Positions 26,445 to 30,833 of a stretch of DNA of 30,833 bases are shown here, piece by piece; position 1 is the first letter of the stretch, and the number at the start of each line of letters is the position of its first letter. The notes beneath the pieces are model-generated. The model was not told the origin of the DNA and made no database searches. It saw nothing but the letters and a program-made list of their open reading frames with translations. The DNA is taken from assembly GCA_028710695.1 (NCBI GenBank), contig JAQTTP010000008.1:1-30833 (forward strand), in the 5' to 3' direction. The position numbers and the translations under genes were made by a program. Origin of the DNA: Candidatus Iainarchaeum sp. (GTDB lineage Archaea; Iainarchaeota; Iainarchaeia; Iainarchaeales; 0-14-0-20-30-16).

Positions 26445-27722
26445 ATGTCTAGAAATTGTTTATTTTTTATAGTAGTTTTATTTTTAACATTAGTGATTTC
26501 TCCTTTTGTGTATTCAGAACTTGTAACAGTAACTGCACAAGTTGTAAGTTCAAACGCAGAACCATCAGTGCCTTTGCTTATTGATGAAGGAGATAAAACA
26601 AGCTATGGGACAGTTACATTAGATTGGCTGGAATCTACTGATGACGAGAATGACTCAATTTTATATTTCTTAAGGGCCGGAACTACTTCTGGAGGAAACA
26701 GTACTTTGGATGTAAATACTCCAGATATAAACTATTCCTTTTCCTTAGCCACGAATGGAACTTATTATTGGTCTGTGAAGGCCTGTGATAATAATGATTC
26801 TACTTGGGGACATTGTAGTGACTGGAGTATAGAAGACACGTTTGTTATGAATTATACTGCCCCTGTTGATGATGAAGATCTTGGCGGCGGAGGGGGCTCA
26901 ACAACAAAAACAGAGCCAATTGACACCAACGAGCTAGAAGTAAATAGCTGTGAGATTTGTAGCAAGGGACAAAAATGTGATGGAAAATATATTTATTCTG
27001 ATGGCTTAGTGTGCTGTTTTAATGGTTGTAGTGTGAGTTCCCAAATCACTAATGAACCAATAGGCGAAAACTATGATGAAGTTATAATTGATAACTTTGT
27101 CCTTGATATGAAACAGGTTTATAATAAAGAAGACATGACCTTTGAAGATAATGAGATTGGGCTGAGGGATTATGTTCTAGATACAAATAAAATAAAAATA
27201 ACTTTGAAGGTAAAAACAACAAAGCTTCTTTCAAACTTTAAATTTGAGGGATATAGAATCCATTTTGATTACTACCTTAGCTCGCCAGATGAAACTATAG
27301 AAAAACCATTTATTCTTTTAGAATATGATCCTGCACTTATTTCTAACGCAAAATTAATACAAAGCGAGCAGGATTTCTTTGTTGTAAATGATTCCACAGT
27401 AATTGGAATAATACCAGAAAAATTAACTAGTCAGGACTATTTATTTTCTTTTTATGTTGATTTGAAAGAAAAGCCAAATGATAATTTGTGGACAAATTTG
27501 AAGAAGCCACTAGTTTACATAAAGAACAAGGATCTTTGTGCAAGTGTAAAGTGTGATGATTTTGATGCCTGTACAAAAGATATTTGTGAAGAGGGGAAAT
27601 GTGTTCACATAAACACTTGTGAGCAAAAGAAACCATCTGCAAGCAGCTATGTTTTATATTATATAATTGGTGCTCTGCTTTTAATGATCTTGGTGGCAGT
27701 CTACCTATTGAAGAAACATTAA
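26445..27722 (+). CDS. Secreted FnIII-like protein with Cys-rich segments and C-terminal TM anchor
   Basis: Hydrophobic N-terminus; LDWLESTDDENDSILYFLRAG...TYYWSVKACDNND FnIII-like; Cys-rich CDDFDACTKDICEEGKCVHINTC; C-terminal YYIIGALLLMILVAVYLLKKH. Confidence 0.78.
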   Translation: MSRNCLFFIVVLFLTLVISPFVYSELVTVTAQVVSSNAEPSVPLLIDEGDKTSYGTVTLDWLESTDDENDSILYFLRAGTTSGGNSTLDVNTPDINYSFSLATNGTYYWSVKACDNNDSTWGHCSDWSIEDTFVMNYTAPVDDEDLGGGGGSTTKTEPIDTNELEVNSCEICSKGQKCDGKYIYSDGLVCCFNGCSVSSQITNEPIGENYDEVIIDNFVLDMKQVYNKEDMTFEDNEIGLRDYVLDTNKIKITLKVKTTKLLSNFKFEGYRIHFDYYLSSPDETIEKPFILLEYDPALISNAKLIQSEQDFFVVNDSTVIGIIPEKLTSQDYLFSFYVDLKEKPNDNLWTNLKKPLVYIKNKDLCASVKCDDFDACTKDICEEGKCVHINTCEQKKPSASSYVLYYIIGALLLMILVAVYLLKKH

Positions 27723-27794
27723 TAGCAAATAGGCCGATTGTCCTGGGCATCTTTGTTTGCCTGACTAAAGCTGTCTTTGTCCTACTTGCTATTA
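27720..27794. repeat. Long imperfect inverted repeat spanning a convergent gene junction (structured RNA or bidirectional terminator candidate)
   Basis: TAATAGCAAATAGG(27720-27733) pairs with CCTACTTGCTATTA(27781-27794), 13 of 14 positions. A GGGCA/TGCCT stem lies in the 47-nt centre. Confidence 0.7.
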
Positions 27795-28433
27795 GAAAGA
27801 AACTTCTAAGAAATAGTGCTCTTTTTCAAAAGGTTCTAGGTCTATGGTCTTTAAGATCTTTAGGCCTGCCTTTCTAATCTTTTCTGATTCTTTTACAAGA
27901 ACTTGCTTTGGGCTCTTTGAAGAATCTATACTTCTCGTCTTCAAGCTTATTGCTGCTTGTCCACCCTTATTTAAGAACTTTTTTACTAGCTCTATAAATA
28001 CATCTGTTTGATCTTTCTGGGATACATCCTGAAATACAAAATCAAATTTATCTTTATTTAATTCTTTATTTTCAGGCAATATTCTGAAATCAGAAAGAAT
28101 TGGAATTACGTTTTTCTTTATCTTTAAAAGGTTAAGTAGGCCAATCATGCTTTCCATAGAAACATCATTAGCAATTATATCTCCTTTTGTGGCTATATCT
28201 GCAATGTGGCTTAGAGTAGTGCCTGTAGAGCAACCCACGTACAAAACAGTAGAATTATCTTTTAGTTTAAGGCTAAATCCTTTTCTCATTGCGGCAGCAA
28301 TTTTTGAGTTGTTTGGGCTCCATTCTCTTAAATATAAGCCCCCCTCTTTAATCACTTTTTCCCCATAATGGTTGTAATTGTCCTTTGTTTCTGTGTAAGT
28401 TCTGTTTTTTATTGTTTGTATCATAAGGATCAC
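27792..28433 (-). CDS. flpA: Fibrillarin-like rRNA/tRNA 2'-O-methyltransferase
   Basis: YLREWSPNNSKIAAAMRKG, VLYVGCSTGTTLSHIADI, FDFVFQDVSQKDQTDVF, GGQAAISLKTRSID, LEPFEKEHYFLE. Confidence 0.95.
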   Translation of the reverse strand: MILMIQTIKNRTYTETKDNYNHYGEKVIKEGGLYLREWSPNNSKIAAAMRKGFSLKLKDNSTVLYVGCSTGTTLSHIADIATKGDIIANDVSMESMIGLLNLLKIKKNVIPILSDFRILPENKELNKDKFDFVFQDVSQKDQTDVFIELVKKFLNKGGQAAISLKTRSIDSSKSPKQVLVKESEKIRKAGLKILKTIDLEPFEKEHYFLEVSF

Positions 28434-29161
28434 TGGGTTTTTTTAATCTCTAATTTCTTTTTTTCTATATCTTTAAGCAGCCCTTCGCTTATCTTGTTTT
28501 TTGTGTACATATCCGCTCTAACTGCAAGTTCTATTCTTCCTGCAAAGTATCTTGAAAGCTTGCCTTTTTGTTTGTTGTTTAGTCCTTGCATTATTGGGTG
28601 TAGATATAAGAACCCATATTTTGGACATTTCTTGCCAAATTTTAAGTGTTTAAATAATGCGCTTTCTGCACCAATAAGCTGAAGTGAGGATGAAGGCATC
28701 TTTGAAAGCCTTTCAAGTGAACCAACTTGAGAAATGAACTTTGTGGCGAGTATTGGGCCTAGCAAAGTGCTTAGGTTGGGGTATGCTACTTTTGCGCTCT
28801 TTTCTATTATCTTTTTTAGTTTATTGGAATTTTTCTCAAAATCTAGGAATAGATTACATAATGATTTAATTGCTTCAATTGCATCGTTACCTATTGATCC
28901 AGACATTATAGAATCTTTTTTGCTTGACTCTAACTCTAAGATTGTTTTAATATATTTAGAATTATCCTTGCTACAAGAAGCATAAAGCTCAGGGTACTCT
29001 AAACTATGCCATTTGTATACATAATCAAAGATAGAATTTGATTGTGTTGTAAGGTAGTTAACTACTTCTAAAGCTTTTACCGCATTAATGATCTCTTTGT
29101 TTTTTGACAAGTAACTGTTTAAATCCTTTACAAATTGCTTCTGTAAGTTGTCTTTATTCAT
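28430..29161 (-). CDS. Nop5/Nop56-Nop58 family C/D box RNP scaffold protein, short form
   Basis: NLSTLLGPILATKFISQVGSLERLSKMPSSSLQLIGAESALFKHLKFGKKCPKYGFLYLHPIMQGLNNKQKGKLSRYFAGRIELAVRAD is the Nop domain. Confidence 0.93.
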   Translation of the reverse strand: MNKDNLQKQFVKDLNSYLSKNKEIINAVKALEVVNYLTTQSNSIFDYVYKWHSLEYPELYASCSKDNSKYIKTILELESSKKDSIMSGSIGNDAIEAIKSLCNLFLDFEKNSNKLKKIIEKSAKVAYPNLSTLLGPILATKFISQVGSLERLSKMPSSSLQLIGAESALFKHLKFGKKCPKYGFLYLHPIMQGLNNKQKGKLSRYFAGRIELAVRADMYTKNKISEGLLKDIEKKKLEIKKTQ

Positions 29162-30833
29162 CTTTACTGCCTCGTGAAATTTTGTTATCTAAATATTCTT
29201 TATACAAATCATTTAAAATATTGCTTTCTTTGTTCTGAAGGATATTATATACCTCTTTTATGATCTGGTTTGAAGCCAATATGCTTGGTATTACTACAAA
29301 TTTTGCTCCTAAACTATAATACTCTGAGGCGTCTTTTAGGAAGTGAGCCCTTACTAATAGTTTCACTTTTTTAGGGTCAATATGCTTCAATATTTCTTTA
29401 TTTATTTCAATATTTGGGATTGTTGTAATTATCAGTCTTGCTTTATCCAAATCAAGGCTTTTTAATATCTCTTTATTGTCTGCGTGTCCACAGATTGCGT
29501 AAACTCCAAGCTTTATGTATTGTAATACTGGCTCTGGGTCACTATCTACTATTACAAGTTTGTCTTTTTCTATTGCTCTGCTTGCCAATAGAGCATCTGC
29601 AATATTTGTTCCCATTCTGCCTGTGCCAAAGATTACTATGTGGTCTTTGAATTCTATCTTTTTTTCTTGGTCTATAGTAGTTGATTTAATTCTAAATGTT
29701 TTTCTGATTGCTTTGGAAATTTTGTCTATAAATAAAATTTTGTTTGATGCTTCATAAATCTGTTTGTTGTAGTTAATAACATAAGGTGTTAGAATCATAG
29801 TCAAAGCAATAAAGAGTATTAAGGTATTACTAATTGATGTATTGAATATTCCTTGTACTGTTGCAACCTGAACTAAAACTAAGCCAAAAATGTTTTGTTG
29901 GAATAAAGAAGTACTTACAAAAAATGATGTGTCTGTATCATACTTAAAAAACAATGATGCAAGATATGTTGAAATCGGTTTTATAAGTAAAGTCACAATT
30001 AGAAGAATTACTATAAGTAACCAATTTATGTTTCCTAAGCCGGTTATTTGCATTCCAAGTAAGATAAAAAAGAACATGCTGAAAAAGAATCTTATCTCCT
30101 TTATTCTATCCATAATTTCTAGTTGGTATGGGTAGTTTGCTAAAATTAATCCTCCAATGAATGCAGCAATTATCATTGAAAAATTTAGTATTGTGGATAG
30201 AAGAATAAACCCAAAGCAAGATGCCAGAATTACTAAAAATAATAGGTCTTCGTTTGCAGCAGATTTTTTTATCATTGTTTTGAACACTAGGAAGTTAACT
30301 AATAAAGCTACTGCAATTATTATTGCGAGTTTATAGACAAGTTCGTAGATTATTACAAAAGAAAATTGGCCTGTGCCTGTTGTGAGAATTGGAAGGAAAA
30401 TAATTATTATTGCATCTTGTAGCAATAGGATTCCAAGAAGAATTCTACCCTTGAGACTAGAAGTCATTCTTAGATCTGACAAGCATTTCATTATAAGTTC
30501 AGTACTGCTGATACATAGAATAGTTCCAATTATTAGTGACGGAAGTAGATCTAAGCCAATGGCTTTCGAGAGCAAGAAAGCACCCAAAAAGCTTATTGCT
30601 ACTTGGATAAGCCCAATAATTATAATATTAGATTTGATTGCTTTTAACTTTTTGAAATCCAGTTCTGCACCAACGGTGTAAATTAACAGAGCAATACCAA
30701 TTTCTGACATTGCAATGATTGTAGAATGATTTGTAATAACATTAAAAACTGCGGGCCCTAATAAAAATCCAACCAAAACAAAAGCAAGGATCATAGGCTG
30801 TTTTATTTTATAGGACAGATATGCAAGCGATGC
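29154..30833 (-). CDS. Kef-type cation:proton antiporter (CPA2) with C-terminal TrkA-N/RCK domain, 5' end outside window
   Basis: CPA2 membrane domain, then HIVIFGTGRMGTNIADALLASRAIEKDKLVIVDSD RCK-N. The frame remains open upstream of the listed start (30794) to the window edge, encoding ASLAYLSYKIKQP, which matches a typical Kef N-terminal continuation. Confidence 0.9.
   Translation of the reverse strand, partial: ASLAYLSYKIKQPMILAFVLVGFLLGPAVFNVITNHSTIIAMSEIGIALLIYTVGAELDFKKLKAIKSNIIIIGLIQVAISFLGAFLLSKAIGLDLLPSLIIGTILCISSTELIMKCLSDLRMTSSLKGRILLGILLLQDAIIIIFLPILTTGTGQFSFVIIYELVYKLAIIIAVALLVNFLVFKTMIKKSAANEDLLFLVILASCFGFILLSTILNFSMIIAAFIGGLILANYPYQLEIMDRIKEIRFFFSMFFFILLGMQITGLGNINWLLIVILLIVTLLIKPISTYLASLFFKYDTDTSFFVSTSLFQQNIFGLVLVQVATVQGIFNTSISNTLILFIALTMILTPYVINYNKQIYEASNKILFIDKISKAIRKTFRIKSTTIDQEKKIEFKDHIVIFGTGRMGTNIADALLASRAIEKDKLVIVDSDPEPVLQYIKLGVYAICGHADNKEILKSLDLDKARLIITTIPNIEINKEILKHIDPKKVKLLVRAHFLKDASEYYSLGAKFVVIPSILASNQIIKEVYNILQNKESNILNDLYKEYLDNKISRGSKDE

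Noticed and set aside
27720-27794. Inverted repeat tested by eye as an H/ACA guide RNA
   Set aside because: Neither strand has an ACA box directly after the lower stem or a clear kink-turn, so only a generic structured element is claimed.
29438-30681. Plus-strand ORFs opposite the Kef-type antiporter
   Set aside because: Antisense shadows of a convincing CPA2/RCK coding region.

Overview
AT-rich, densely packed archaeal-type window, probably from a DPANN-like lineage (lineage is an inference). Archaeal signs are fibrillarin plus Nop5, archaeal-type AsnRS, TATA-like promoters and T-rich terminators. About 30 protein-coding genes and one tRNA-Leu(TAG) are supportable. The largest theme (about 3.5-16.6 kb) is a dispersed branched-chain amino acid type ABC importer: LivH, LivM, LivG, LivF and four divergent LivK-like binding proteins. 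All four binding proteins appear to be anchored by an uncleaved N-terminal TM helix rather than a lipobox. Nearby sit a tandem (two-unit) Lrp/AsnC regulator, an endonuclease IV-like protein and a RelE-type toxin-antitoxin pair. A class I methyltransferase gene and a GNAT-like gene lie inside the livM-G-K-(MT)-(GNAT)-F run. The second theme (16.7-27.7 kb) is envelope or secreted proteins: a three-part esterase/Cys-rich-repeat/beta-rich protein, a transglutaminase-like lipoprotein, and a four-gene surface-protein run in which two proteins share a C-terminal domain. The right end holds a Kef-type antiporter (cut by the window edge), Nop5 and fibrillarin. Unusual non-coding signals are hairpins on both sides of the tRNA, a long imperfect inverted repeat whose arms contain both stop codons of a convergent gene pair (27720-27794), and terminator-like hairpins at stop codons. 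I found no CRISPR array, transposase or recognised defence island. The most unusual candidates are hypotheses that need homology or expression tests.
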